Shown here piece by piece: positions 1 to 10,097 of a stretch of DNA of 64,000 nt (within the stretch, counting starts at the first letter, position 1; each line of letters opens with the position of its first letter). The DNA lies in NCBI GenBank assembly GCA_963706955.1, contig CAVPOC010000003.1, forward strand, positions 96,001 to 160,000. The letters are read 5' to 3'. Below the pieces are notes generated by a model. The model was not told the origin of the DNA and ran no database searches. It was given only the letters and a program-made list of their open reading frames with translations. Source of the stretch: an uncultured Verrucomicrobiae bacterium (GTDB lineage Bacteria > Verrucomicrobiota > Verrucomicrobiia > Chthoniobacterales > Terrimicrobiaceae). Both the position numbers and the translations under genes were made by a program.

Positions 1-352
1 TGACGGAAAGATTTGCCGAGGAGGCGCCCGTCACCATGTTTCGCGTGTACTGCACGTGCCCCGGTGTGTCTGCGATGATAAATTTGCGATGTGGCGTGGC
101 GAAGTACCGGTAGGCGACGTCAATCGTAATTCCCTGCTCCCGCTCGGCGCGGAGGCCATCGGTGAGATTCGCCAGATTGATTTCGCCGCCACCGGTAATG
201 TCGGCAGAGCGCACCAGCGCCTCGAGCTGGTCCTCCATCAACGACTTCGAATCGTAGAGCAGCCGGCCAATCAAGGTGGACTTGCCATCGTCCACGGAGC
301 CGCATGTATTCAGGCGAAGAAGGTCGGCGGAATAGTGCAGGGGAATTGTCAC
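1..352 (-). CDS. cysN: Sulfate adenylyltransferase large subunit (CysN or CysNC), 5' part only; runs off the window edge
   Basis: Manual translation from GTG at 352 gives [37 protein letters not shown], the CysN GTPase P-loop signature; lies directly downstream of cysD. Confidence 0.92.
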   Translation of the reverse strand, partial: MTIPLHYSADLLRLNTCGSVDDGKSTLIGRLLYDSKSLMEDQLEALVRSADITGGGEINLANLTDGLRAEREQGITIDVAYRYFATPHRKFIIADTPGHVQYTRNMVTGASSANLSV

Positions 353-359
353 GGGGAAG

Positions 360-1262
360 CTAAAAATATCCAACCTTCTTGCGGTCCTCCATGGCTGCGT
401 CCGAGGCCTTATCGTCGGCACGCGAGCCGCGCTCTGTCACCCTGGCGACGGCAAGTTCGGCAATAATGTCATCCACATTGTCGGCAGGCGACTCAACACA
501 GCCGGTCGTGATGATGTCGCCGATCGTCCGAACTCGGACCACCAGCTCCTGGATCTGCTCACCGGTCTTGGGCGGAATGAGGTCGTTCACCGGCAACCAC
601 TGTCCGTGTCGGCGAACGCACCGCCGTTCATGGCTGAAGTAGATCCTGGGAACTTCCAGTCGCTCTTTGCGGATATACTCCCAGACGTCCAGTTCCGTCC
701 AGTTGCTCAAAGGGAAGACACGCATGTTTTCGCCGGGGTTAAGTCTGGCATTGTAGAGGTTCCAGATCTCCGGGCGCTGATTCTTGGGGTCCCACTGACC
801 AAAAGCATCGCGAAAGCTGAAGAAGCGCTCCTTGGCGCGAGCCTTCTCCTCATCGCGCCGAGCTCCACCGATGCAACAATCAAAGCCAAATTCTTCAATG
901 GCGGCCAGCAGCGTAGGGATTTGGAGATGGTTGCGATTCACCTGGCCAGGAGCAAGGACGGCAATTCCCTTTTCAATGGCTTCATCGACGGTCCTGACGA
1001 TCAGCCTTGCCCCAAGTTCCATGGCGCGGCGGTCTCGAAATTCGTTCAGTTCGGGAAAGTGGTGCCCGGTGTCTATATTTAAAAGCGGCGTCGGGAGCTC
1101 CGAGGGACGGAAGGCCTTTTCGGCCAAACGAAGCAAGCAGATCGAGTCCTTGCCCCCCGAGAAGAGAAGAGCAGGGCGTTCGAACTCTGCCGCCACTTCG
1201 CGCATCACGTGGATGGCTTCGGTCTCGAGGTATTGGAGATGGTCGAGAAAGTAACTGCTCAT
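360..1262 (-). CDS. cysD: Sulfate adenylyltransferase small subunit
   Basis: [11 protein letters not shown]-loop, [24 protein letters not shown] and C-terminal MEDRKKxGYF motifs. Confidence 0.97.
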   Translation of the reverse strand: MSSYFLDHLQYLETEAIHVMREVAAEFERPALLFSGGKDSICLLRLAEKAFRPSELPTPLLNIDTGHHFPELNEFRDRRAMELGARLIVRTVDEAIEKGIAVLAPGQVNRNHLQIPTLLAAIEEFGFDCCIGGARRDEEKARAKERFFSFRDAFGQWDPKNQRPEIWNLYNARLNPGENMRVFPLSNWTELDVWEYIRKERLEVPRIYFSHERRCVRRHGQWLPVNDLIPPKTGEQIQELVVRVRTIGDIITTGCVESPADNVDDIIAELAVARVTERGSRADDKASDAAMEDRKKVGYF

Positions 1263-1317
1263 CGAACGAGGCGGCGATCCTCAGGCCTCTGGCTTCCGGC
1301 GTCCAGAGGAAAGGGAG

Positions 1318-1974
1318 TCAAGCCTTAATGGCCTCTCGCCCCCAGGCCGCATGGAGACCGCACTCGCGCTTCTCGTCAGCTTTGGCCGGATCAAAATAAT
1401 CCCACTCGTTGGGTAGCTCGTGCTTCTCGAGATACTCTTCGAGGTCCGCATCGCTCCAGTAGAAAACTGGATTCACCTTCAAGGTTCCAAAGTTCTCGTC
1501 GCGCGAAACGATATCAAGGCCAGCTCGGTTAGGATTCTGAACCTTGCGCAACGCGGTGATCCAGACCCGCGGCGCCAATTCTTTCATCCCCCGTTGGAAC
1601 GGTTCCAGTTTCATCTTCGCGCTGAATTCCTTGAGCCCCTCCTCGTCTTCAATCGAAGGAATCGGCCCATGGAGGGCGTCGCGATGTGCGGCGCTCATTT
1701 GCGGAAGATAGGCACGGAGGTTAAGGCTTAACAGGCTGCGCAGCTCCTCGGCGTGCTTGTAAGTGGCTGGACGGTTGTATCCATGGTCAACCCACAGCAC
1801 AGGAATGTTAGGCTGCGCTTGGACTGCCAAATGCAAGACGACCGCCTCGTAGGGGCGAAAATTCGTCGAGACAATGGCACGGCCATCCGCTTGCCGCACC
1901 GCCCAACGCGTGATTTCCAGCGGAGAGAGTCGCCGGAGTTCGACGTTCCATGCGGTAATCTGTTCGGACGTCAT
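1318..1974 (-). CDS. cysH: PAPS/APS reductase, type lacking the Fe-S cysteines
   Basis: C-terminal KRECGLH motif, W.DHGY motif, position between cysI and cysD. Confidence 0.88.
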   Translation of the reverse strand: MTSEQITAWNVELRRLSPLEITRWAVRQADGRAIVSTNFRPYEAVVLHLAVQAQPNIPVLWVDHGYNRPATYKHAEELRSLLSLNLRAYLPQMSAAHRDALHGPIPSIEDEEGLKEFSAKMKLEPFQRGMKELAPRVWITALRKVQNPNRAGLDIVSRDENFGTLKVNPVFYWSDADLEEYLEKHELPNEWDYFDPAKADEKRECGLHAAWGREAIKA

Positions 1975-1975
1975 C

Positions 1976-3712
1976 TCAGGCCGGCATCAGCGCGGAAGCC
2001 TCCTCTGGCGTGCCAACACTATGAATGGTCGCGTCCGTGGGCAGAATGACTCGGTCGCAAAAATCGCCAAAGCCTTCCGCCTCGTGCCGCTCGAGAGCGT
2101 AACGCTTGACCACGGGCCTGAGAAGCTCGATCGCCTCGTCGATGGTGATGCTTGGCGAGACCAACCGGCCAAGGCGGGTGCCATTGTAACCTGCGCCCAG
2201 ATAGAGCGCGTACTTATTTGGAGCTCTTCCGACAAAGGCGATTTCACCCAAAAACGGACGCGCGCATCCGTTCGGACACCCGGTTATTCGCAGACTAATG
2301 GCATCCTCACTCAGGCCAGCTTCCTCAAGGATCGGATCAAACTTCTCGAGAATATCCGGCAACACCCGCTCGCTCTCGGCAAGCGCGAGCCCGCACGTTG
2401 GCAAGGCCACACACGAGAGCGCATTGAGGCGCATCCCGGAGCGCTTGTTCTCGCCCGCGAGACCGTGTCTTGCGAGGATCTCCTCGATTGCGGCTTTTTG
2501 CTCGGTAGTGACTCCCGAAATAGTCAAGTTTTGCGAGGGAGTCAGACGGAAATCGCCGGTGTGGACCTTCGCGATTTCACGGAGCGCGGTTTTCATCGAC
2601 CAGCCGGGCACATCTTTGACACGGCCGCTCAAGATATGGAGACCATAGAACCATGTCCCATCCGCGCACCGGTGCCATCCGTGCGGATCTTGGATCGTCA
2701 GAAACTCAAACTCATGAGCCGAAGCAAACTTCACCCCCGACAGCCTTTCGACCTCCCCTTTGAACCAGTCCAACCCGCGGTCTGCAATCGTGTATTTCAG
2801 ACGCGCGTGGCGACGATTGGTGCGATCGCCGTAGTCTCGCTGGGTAATGAGAACGGCACGCCCTACGGCATTGACCGCATCCGGGCTAATGAACCCGAGC
2901 AGCTCTGCGAGCTTCGGATAGGTTTCCACATTGCCATGGTTCATTCCCATGCCCCCACCCACGACCACGTTGTAGCCGGCCAAGCGATTGTTCTCGATGA
3001 CTGCTATAAACCCGAGATCCTGTGAAAAGACGTCCACATCGTTCGACGGAGGCAAAGCGAACCCCGTCTTGAACTTGCGTGGGAGATAGGCGGACCCATA
3101 GATTGGTTCAGCTTCCGGCTCCCCGCCTGCAACTAGCTCCTCGTCCAGCCAGATCTCGTGATAGGCGCGGGTCTTCGGAAGCGCGTATTCGCTCCATCCC
3201 TTGGCCTGATCATAGACACGTTGGAGAATAGAATTCCTTTCCGGGTTCGGCGGCGCCATCACATTGCGGTTGACGTCCCCGCAGGCCGCGATCGAATCGA
3301 GCAGCACCTCGTGCATGCCTTGGATGAGCGGCTTGACGTTCCCCTTAAGGACCCCGTGAAATTGAAAGGTCTGCCGAGTCGTTAGACGCAATGAGGGGGG
3401 AGAGGAAAACTTCTCGGAAAGGGCATCCAGCACGAGCCACTGCTGCGGTGTCGCTCGCCCCCCAGGCAAACGAACACGCAACATGAAGCCAAACGCCTTC
3501 TCCTTGCCCGATTTCTTCAATGCTACCCTTTGATCACGATCATCTTGCAAATAGAGGCCATGGAACTTCGTGAGCTGGCTGTTGATGTCGGAAATGGCGC
3601 CGGTGGACTGGTCAGCGACGTCCTCCGCGATGGTGCCGCGCAAAAGCTTCGAGCCGGCTTTGATTCCCTCGTTGGCCGATGGACTCTTGATTGGTTTGGC
3701 GTCAGCACTCAT
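1976..3712 (-). CDS. cysI: Sulfite reductase hemoprotein subunit
   Basis: KFHGLYLQDDRD, RLTTRQTFQFHG, ACGDVNRNV, LPRKFK; siroheme/Fe-S ligands CVALPTCGLA and ITGCPNGCAR. Confidence 0.96.
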   Translation of the reverse strand: MSADAKPIKSPSANEGIKAGSKLLRGTIAEDVADQSTGAISDINSQLTKFHGLYLQDDRDQRVALKKSGKEKAFGFMLRVRLPGGRATPQQWLVLDALSEKFSSPPSLRLTTRQTFQFHGVLKGNVKPLIQGMHEVLLDSIAACGDVNRNVMAPPNPERNSILQRVYDQAKGWSEYALPKTRAYHEIWLDEELVAGGEPEAEPIYGSAYLPRKFKTGFALPPSNDVDVFSQDLGFIAVIENNRLAGYNVVVGGGMGMNHGNVETYPKLAELLGFISPDAVNAVGRAVLITQRDYGDRTNRRHARLKYTIADRGLDWFKGEVERLSGVKFASAHEFEFLTIQDPHGWHRCADGTWFYGLHILSGRVKDVPGWSMKTALREIAKVHTGDFRLTPSQNLTISGVTTEQKAAIEEILARHGLAGENKRSGMRLNALSCVALPTCGLALAESERVLPDILEKFDPILEEAGLSEDAISLRITGCPNGCARPFLGEIAFVGRAPNKYALYLGAGYNGTRLGRLVSPSITIDEAIELLRPVVKRYALERHEAEGFGDFCDRVILPTDATIHSVGTPEEASALMPA

Positions 3713-3851
3713 ACAAATGCTCGACTCGGAGACTCACTCCAGGCCCTGTTTCGCTGGTGCAATCTTCACGGAGTCGAAGGTTGTGCACTATTGCTCACGA
3801 ACAACGATAGTCAAGGTCGTCTTTCGATTGGATTTCGGGCCACCTCCACCC

Positions 3852-5099
3852 TCACGCCCGAAAATCCGGCGCCTCGGGATTTGCTTCGGGCCCAAAATAG
3901 CGAAGGACGACCAACGGCTCGGTTTCGCTTCGGTTTTCGTAAGTCACGCCCCTTCTCGCCCCCTCCTCAGTAACGAAGCACTCGTCCTCGGTGAGTTCGT
4001 GGAAACGAATCAGCGTCGGGCTGTTGAGGGCCAAGCCGTTGATACTGCCGCTGCCTTGGACACAGATCAGTCCGTAGGCTCCGGCATCCTTGATCGTCGC
4101 CTTCACGCCCGGAGAGAGGGTGAGTTCTTTGGCAGTGAATAATTGTTCGCCACCGATTTTGCCATAGACGATCCAGCGATCGAGATAACCCTCGCTTTGT
4201 GAATCGGCGACCGGCACCGGCTCCAAGTAGTGATGTTCCTTGAATTCCGGATCTACATTTTTTTCCCAATCGAGTTGCTCCACGATGAAGTCGAGGTCGT
4301 GGTGAAATTCAGCGGGCATACATTTCACAAGGAGTTCCCACGGGACAAAGCGACCCTCGACAAGGTTTTGATACATGGCAAAAACGTCCGATCCCCACTG
4401 AGGTTCATAGGTGCAGAGCGAACCCGGCGCATGCAAGATGCATGGGTCGATGAGCCATCCGGAGCCGATCTTGAGCCGATAGCTTTTCGAGAGATCAAGG
4501 ATCCCATTGTCGCCCTGGTTCCAGTTCTCCAGACATTTTCGAACCTCCGCCTTACTGGTGCCCGGCTCGAGACCCATGAACGTGTAAGGGAAATTGTTGA
4601 CGACGTAATTGTGTTGTGGCGGAAAGTAATAAGACTCCGGCTTGCCTTCCTGCCCGACCAAGGCAGCCTGCGCCGCACTTTGATGCATGTGGTGCGGGAT
4701 CGGCCCCATGTTATCGAAAAATTTCGAGTAAACTGGCCATTTCTTGTATTTGTCCCAAATCGTCTCACCAACCAGCGTGCTGCCACACTCGGCGACGGCT
4801 TGCTCCAAGGTGAAGCGATGCCCTCCAACGACGATGTAGCTTAGGCCCTCGTCCGGGGTGCGCCCTTCGTTGGCCGCAGGCGTCGTCGAGGCGAACCAAC
4901 GTTCGTCAATTCCTCCGCGGTTCAATCCGTAGGCATAAAGATCGTCCGGGTGCAGTTTCAGGCGCTTGCCCGGCTGAAGGAAATCGCGCGGAACCCAGCA
5001 CGGGGCGAGGCGAAGAACGCCACCTGTCGCGGAGATCTCTGCCTCAACCAAATGCGCAACGTTCGCGCTGAGCGTTTTCAGGGATACAATCGTTTCCAT
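3852..5099 (-). CDS. Cupin protein resembling class I mannose-6-phosphate isomerase; function unverified
   Basis: Long ORF with KFFDNMGPIPHHMH, GKPESYY and ILHAPG cupin metal-binding motifs; start taken at METIVSL. Confidence 0.65.
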   Translation of the reverse strand: METIVSLKTLSANVAHLVEAEISATGGVLRLAPCWVPRDFLQPGKRLKLHPDDLYAYGLNRGGIDERWFASTTPAANEGRTPDEGLSYIVVGGHRFTLEQAVAECGSTLVGETIWDKYKKWPVYSKFFDNMGPIPHHMHQSAAQAALVGQEGKPESYYFPPQHNYVVNNFPYTFMGLEPGTSKAEVRKCLENWNQGDNGILDLSKSYRLKIGSGWLIDPCILHAPGSLCTYEPQWGSDVFAMYQNLVEGRFVPWELLVKCMPAEFHHDLDFIVEQLDWEKNVDPEFKEHHYLEPVPVADSQSEGYLDRWIVYGKIGGEQLFTAKELTLSPGVKATIKDAGAYGLICVQGSGSINGLALNSPTLIRFHELTEDECFVTEEGARRGVTYENRSETEPLVVLRYFGPEANPEAPDFRA

Positions 5100-5194
5100 A
5101 ACGCAAAGAGCGCGCTCACCCGAGCATATTGGCGGGAGGATAGACACCGCAAGCCCGTTTGCAAATCCGGAGAGTTGCTTACAGCACGCCATCC

Positions 5195-5288
5195 TGTAGC
5201 GACGATGTCCCCATCGTCGAGGGCTGTTGTAGCGACGGTGTCCTCACCGTCGAGGGCCCTCCGGCGGCGGGGACGCCGCCGCTACAGG
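5195..5288. repeat. Cluster of three GTAG-type REP-like palindromes
   Basis: TGTAGCGACGATGTCCCCATCGTCGA (5195), TGTAGCGACGGTGTCCTCACCGTCGA (5228) and inverted GGCGGCGGGGACGCCGCCGCTACA (ending ~5286). Confidence 0.75.
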
Positions 5289-5333
5289 AATCGTCGCATC
5301 AGCCTCATCACCCCCGCCGCAACGATCCAATTC

Positions 5334-5560
5334 TCAACCGGCGGAAGCCTTTGGCAACGTCACAGTCAGCATGTTTTCCTTTTGTTCCCCGCTTGAACGG
5401 TCCTGGAAGCGAGAGAACTTGGGAATACTGAGCCTTTCTCGAGGGGAACGATCCGTCCCCTTGCTCCTGCTGGTATGAGCTTCTTCCACGGATTCAAGTC
5501 AAAACCAACCTGTACCTCGCGTAGGCAGTTCAGGAATTCCCTTCCTCCTGCCGTCTCAAG
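5334..5560 (-). pseudogene. Decayed Hsp20/alpha-crystallin remnant
   Basis: Minus-strand fragments QYSQVLSLPGP and, after a frame change, KENMLTVTLPKASAG* resemble the Hsp20 C-terminal strands. Confidence 0.45.
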
Positions 5561-5658
5561 TCTTGAACTCTTCTCCTAAAATGTTCCCTGGCATGAAGTC
5601 GCAGGCAGGCTCACATGCGCTCATCAAAAAAGGGACTAAGAGGTCTTCTGCCCATAAA

Positions 5659-6774
5659 CTAGCCTGTTGGGCGGCCCAGGTTCCGGCACAGCTCGAATGC
5701 CCGCTGGCGCAATAGCGATTTGGAATTCTTCATCGCTTGTTCCAACGTGGTGTCATCCGAAACCAGCGAAGAGAGATGATCGAAATGACTCGCCAGAAGT
5801 GAACGGTCTTCGATAACGCCCCCAATAGCCCAGACCGGCTTTCCAAGCTCTTTAGCCAGCGAGGCAACTCCATAAGGCCCCTTTCCTTGTAACGTCTGAA
5901 AATCCACCCTCCCTTCGCCGGTGATGACTATATCCGTTGACGCCATCCGCTCTCGCAAACCGACTTTCTCTGCGACCACGTGAAAACCTGGCATGATCTG
6001 CCCCTTTAGGAACGTCAACACCCCGTAACCGAATCCGCCCGCCGCTCCAGCGCCTGGCGTGCTCGAGAAATTTGTTCCGAGATCGCGTTCGACTAGGCGA
6101 GTCAGACGCGCAATATTTTCATCAAGCGCTGAAACTTCGTCGTGGGTGAGTCCCTTCTGCGGTCCGAAGGTCCAGGTGGCACCCTCCGGTCCCATCAGAA
6201 CAGTCTCAACATCGGCGAGTGCGATCACCTGCGCAATGCAGGCGATGGCAGGTGCCTGGATTCGTTGGATCTCAGAAAACGCGGATGGGAGCGGCTCGAC
6301 CAAACGATTGTCGTGATCGTAAAATTGATACCCAAGAGCCGCGGCCATACCAAGGCCGGCATCAACTGTCGCACTCCCTCCGAGGCCGATAAAGATCTGT
6401 TGAAGACCGCTCTCGATGATATGTCGGATGATTACGCCGGAGCCGGAAGTGCTCGAACGCAGAGGGGCCCGATCGTCAGGGCGCACTCGCCAGAGGCCGG
6501 AAGCCTCGCTCACATCAAAAATCGCGTCAGTTCCTTTGCTGAAATATTCAGCGGTAATCCTTCGGCCCAACGGATCAAGGGAGTCAACTGTATGAGTATC
6601 GGCATCTAGTTGAGCGGCTAACAGCTTCGCAGTTCCTTCTCCTCCGTCAGCGATTGGAAGCAGATCCACCTCAGCGGTCGGATCGCCGTCACGCAATCCT
6701 AAAGCGATCGCCTCCGCGACTTCCAGCGCGGCCATAGTGCCTTTGAATTTGTCCGGAGCAACCAGGTAACGCAT
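5659..6774 (-). CDS. glxK: Glycerate kinase (GlxK/GarK family)
   Basis: APDKFKGT, PIADGGEGT, GLGGSATVDAG, FGPQKG, GAGAAGG, ITGEGRVDFQT motifs. Confidence 0.92.
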   Translation of the reverse strand: MRYLVAPDKFKGTMAALEVAEAIALGLRDGDPTAEVDLLPIADGGEGTAKLLAAQLDADTHTVDSLDPLGRRITAEYFSKGTDAIFDVSEASGLWRVRPDDRAPLRSSTSGSGVIIRHIIESGLQQIFIGLGGSATVDAGLGMAAALGYQFYDHDNRLVEPLPSAFSEIQRIQAPAIACIAQVIALADVETVLMGPEGATWTFGPQKGLTHDEVSALDENIARLTRLVERDLGTNFSSTPGAGAAGGFGYGVLTFLKGQIMPGFHVVAEKVGLRERMASTDIVITGEGRVDFQTLQGKGPYGVASLAKELGKPVWAIGGVIEDRSLLASHFDHLSSLVSDDTTLEQAMKNSKSLLRQRAFELCRNLGRPTG

Positions 6775-6970
6775 GTGAAATGAACTCCCCCCGGCTTTTA
6801 AAGGTCTACCAGATTGTGACTAATCGAGCTCCGCCAGAGCGAAAGAGCCAATTCTTCTCTAACACAAGGACGGTCTGCTAAATGGCCAAAATCAGCAAAC
6901 CAAACAGACAATTCCCCGATCAGGTGAACCTTAGGAAAGGTCTCAGGCCAGGTGTTCATCGATCGTGTCA

Positions 6971-7788
6971 TCAGAGAAAAGTCTCCAAAAACTCGGTGAT
7001 TGCTTTGTGAAAGTCTTTCAGATAAGGGCCCTACTCACGGCTTTTGGCGTAACCGAAACAAGCCGGGAACCAGGGATGAGCTGCGAAATTCCAGCGGCGT
7101 ATGAAAGCGGATGGATGTAGTCGATGTCGTGCCCGATAATGAGAGTAGGGATCTCCAGATCACGAAGGTCTTCTTCTGATACGCCCGGACCATCAGCCGC
7201 AATCACCTGAAGCAGCGCAGCTGTAGTTGCTTGCGGCTCTCGAGAAAAGAAGTTCCTTAGAGAGGCGAGATTATCGGGCGCTTTCTCCGCGAGAAGCCTG
7301 GCGATCTCGCTAGCCTCAAAGGCCTTTCTCGCATCCTCCTGTGACAGTTCCGCGAGAAGCCGGCCGACCAGTGCGTTCGGGACATTATTAGCTGGAGCGG
7401 ACGCCACAATCCACGCTGGGCGGGCTAAAATTAGACCTCGTGCGATTCCAGGCCGGTGCACCGCAAGATGCAACGCGATAGCCGCCCCCATCGAGATGCC
7501 GCCGACAACGATAGGCGCAAGCCGGTGCGCATCGATGAAGGCCGCCACATCAGAGGCGAACGTGCGAACGGAGAACAGCCCGGGGTCGCCGGCTTCAGAT
7601 CCACCGTGGGCACGTGACTCAATGGTAATTCGACGGAAACGGTGATCTCGAGGGAAGGCCTCGATGGTCTGTCGCGAGTCGCCGCACAGCCCGTGCTGAA
7701 AGATAACCGGAAGCCCGTTTCCACCTGCATCATCCACGTTGAGGACCGGTGCCCCCGTCTGCGAGAACTTAGGGCCAATCGCTATCAT
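6971..7788 (-). CDS. Alpha/beta hydrolase; frameshift near 7025
   Basis: FQHGLCG and nucleophile elbow GISMG, His in DYIHP; ORF stops at 7018 but another frame continues YLKDFHKAITEFLETFL* to 6971. Confidence 0.8.
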
Positions 7789-7843
7789 CAGTTAGGCATA
7801 AGTGTGCGCGGCATCGTGAGTATGTAACAAAATACGAGTAAAT

Positions 7844-8662
7844 CTAGAGCACTAAGCTTCGGCGTAGGAAATCGACAGAGAATGCAACATCCTGTTCCTC
7901 TAACCCGTGCATAATAAGCGGACCGACAAAGCCGCTCTGCTTTAGACTCCGAAGGTAATACTCAAAATCCAGAATACCTTTCCCAGGGGCGCATGCTTGA
8001 AAATCTTTATTCCGGTCTTTGGCATGGGCGATCGCGATCGCATCACCTATTAAAGCAAAACTTTCATCCAGGACGTCTTTCTGATTGCATCCGGGACTGA
8101 CTAGGTTGGCTAGGTCCATGACAATCCGTAAGCGAGGATTCCTTAGTTCGTTGAGGAGTTTTCGAGCGCGACTTGCGGAGTTGACGATATTCTCGCCCTC
8201 GGGCTCAAAAGCTAGGATCAAATCGTGTTTCTCCGCAGCGAGAAGAGCGGTCTCCATGGACCGCACCATATCATCCCAGGCTTCTTTGGAGTCGTTTTCG
8301 AAATGCCATTTCCACATATTCGCCGGGTCCCGCGTTCCCGTGCATAGAGTAATCACCGGAATGCGAAGCCGAGCTGTAACTTCGCAGAGGACTTCGAATT
8401 TCATGAGGTTGTCACGCCGAACTGCCGGATCTGGGTGAGCCATGTTGAACGTCCCGGAGATTGCAGACAGCTCGACGGTGGCGCGTTCTGCTGAGTTGGT
8501 TATCCGCTGAACCTGGTCGGATGACACGTTGTCCGGAAGAGTTTCAAGCCCAGTGCAAGACAGGTTGAACTGCACGGAATAGATTTGATAACTAGCGATT
8601 GCTTGAAAAAGCTCTTCTGTCGTCGGCCGGTTAAAAGTTTTGGCGAAGATCCCAATCTTCAT
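7844..8662 (-). CDS. Sugar phosphate isomerase/epimerase (xylose isomerase-like TIM barrel)
   Basis: SGTFNMAHPD, LAFEPE, MDLAN and HAKD metal motifs; start overlaps the stop of the upstream oxidoreductase. Confidence 0.85.
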   Translation of the reverse strand: MKIGIFAKTFNRPTTEELFQAIASYQIYSVQFNLSCTGLETLPDNVSSDQVQRITNSAERATVELSAISGTFNMAHPDPAVRRDNLMKFEVLCEVTARLRIPVITLCTGTRDPANMWKWHFENDSKEAWDDMVRSMETALLAAEKHDLILAFEPEGENIVNSASRARKLLNELRNPRLRIVMDLANLVSPGCNQKDVLDESFALIGDAIAIAHAKDRNKDFQACAPGKGILDFEYYLRSLKQSGFVGPLIMHGLEEQDVAFSVDFLRRSLVL

Positions 8663-9738
8663 CAGACAGCTCCCGTGACGCCGGCAACCGAGACCGGTTT
8701 CCCCTTCTCAACGGACAGCTGAATGGCTCGAAGCGTCTTTATAGCGGCCAATCCATCTTCAACCCCAGCAGCGGGAAAATTGTCTTGGCCACGAACGGCA
8801 CCGGCGAATGACTCAATCTGCAATCGATAAAAATGGGAATCCTCGCCGAGGACCCGCTTGAACTGACCATCCTTAAGTGAAAAACACTCAACTTCGGCGG
8901 ATCTCAGATACCAGGGATTAAAGAGTTTACCTACGACGCTGCCGAACTCGCCGTATATTTGGAAGCCTTCGTGCCACCCCATTCGCACAGCCAAGGTCAG
9001 GTCCAAATGGCCTACGCTGCCATCCGCAAAATCGACCATAACGAACCAGCAGTGCGCACCATATTTCTTAACCAATTTGGCGTCGACTCGGACGATCTCC
9101 CCGCCTAAGAAACGCGCAGTATCGACCAAGTGACTTCCATGGCCCAAAAGGTAATAGGACTCTCGATTAGCTTTAGGATCGCCTTTCGGTCGCTTCGGCT
9201 TGGCGCTTTTTACGATTAACGGCTGTAAATTATCGGTCTCGGTATATCTCGAACTCGAATCGCAATACCAGGCTTTGAGCGCAAGCCGGGTGCCCATCTC
9301 CTGATCAATGAAGCGGCGCGCAAACGCGACGCCGGGATCAAATCGCTTCATCGAACCAACCCGAAGCACCAGGGCCGGAGCAGCCAGTTTCACATTGAGA
9401 AGGTGGAGGCATTCCTCAACGCTCACGCCCAGGGGTTTTTCAACGAGCACGTGCTTGCCGGCTTCGATTGCTTGCGCCGCGGCAGAGACATGGAACTGAT
9501 CGGCGATCCCGATGACCACCGCTTCAACCTTCGGATCGGCAAGCATCTCCTCGTAGCTGCTGTAGGCGACCTCGGGTTCCCAGATTTGCGCCATCCGGTT
9601 CCGTAGATCGTCTGCGGCGTCGCAGATCGCGTAAAGCCGAGCGTTTCGGGCCTTCTGGCAGCTCTCGAAATGCGCGGCTTGGGAGATCATTCCACATCCA
9701 AGGACACCCATTCGAACAGGATCAGGGTTATGTTTCAT
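8662..9738 (-). CDS. Gfo/Idh/MocA family oxidoreductase
   Basis: GVLGCG Rossmann motif, AGKHVLVEKP, GSHLVD. Confidence 0.92.
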   Translation of the reverse strand: MKHNPDPVRMGVLGCGMISQAAHFESCQKARNARLYAICDAADDLRNRMAQIWEPEVAYSSYEEMLADPKVEAVVIGIADQFHVSAAAQAIEAGKHVLVEKPLGVSVEECLHLLNVKLAAPALVLRVGSMKRFDPGVAFARRFIDQEMGTRLALKAWYCDSSSRYTETDNLQPLIVKSAKPKRPKGDPKANRESYYLLGHGSHLVDTARFLGGEIVRVDAKLVKKYGAHCWFVMVDFADGSVGHLDLTLAVRMGWHEGFQIYGEFGSVVGKLFNPWYLRSAEVECFSLKDGQFKRVLGEDSHFYRLQIESFAGAVRGQDNFPAAGVEDGLAAIKTLRAIQLSVEKGKPVSVAGVTGAV

Positions 9739-10097
9739 ATGTTTCGATCAGGCTACATCAAACCCGCATGATCCGTAGCGAATTTGGAGAAAGCATCGCA
9801 GGCTCAATCGGTGGGATACTGATATCAGGGTAAGGGAAGGCGCGACCACTCTCGGAACTTCGCCAGAAATGACGACGCTATTTCGAACATTGCACTCGGA
9901 CTACCAAGGGCGATGGACTCCAGCTCCCTACGCAGGCATCAAAGCCACATCCGATCGCAAGCTCGTCGCGTTCGGCAAACTGAGGTCACTTGCCTGTGGC
10001 TTTCAGACCCCCCGCCTATAGCCGTGCCGTCGCAGAGCCAGAGCTGAAGGACCGGGCAACCAGTGCGTGCAGTCCTACTCAACTCTCGACGCGTGTG

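Noticed and set aside
1874..3025. Long antisense ORFs (e.g. 1874..3025, 15131..16060, 45947..46777)
   Set aside because: Shadow ORFs opposite well-supported genes in GC-rich DNA, with no recognisable motifs
5195..5288. Mini CRISPR array
   Set aside because: Only two direct copies with a few bases between them plus an inverted copy; no spacers or cas genes; matches REP structure
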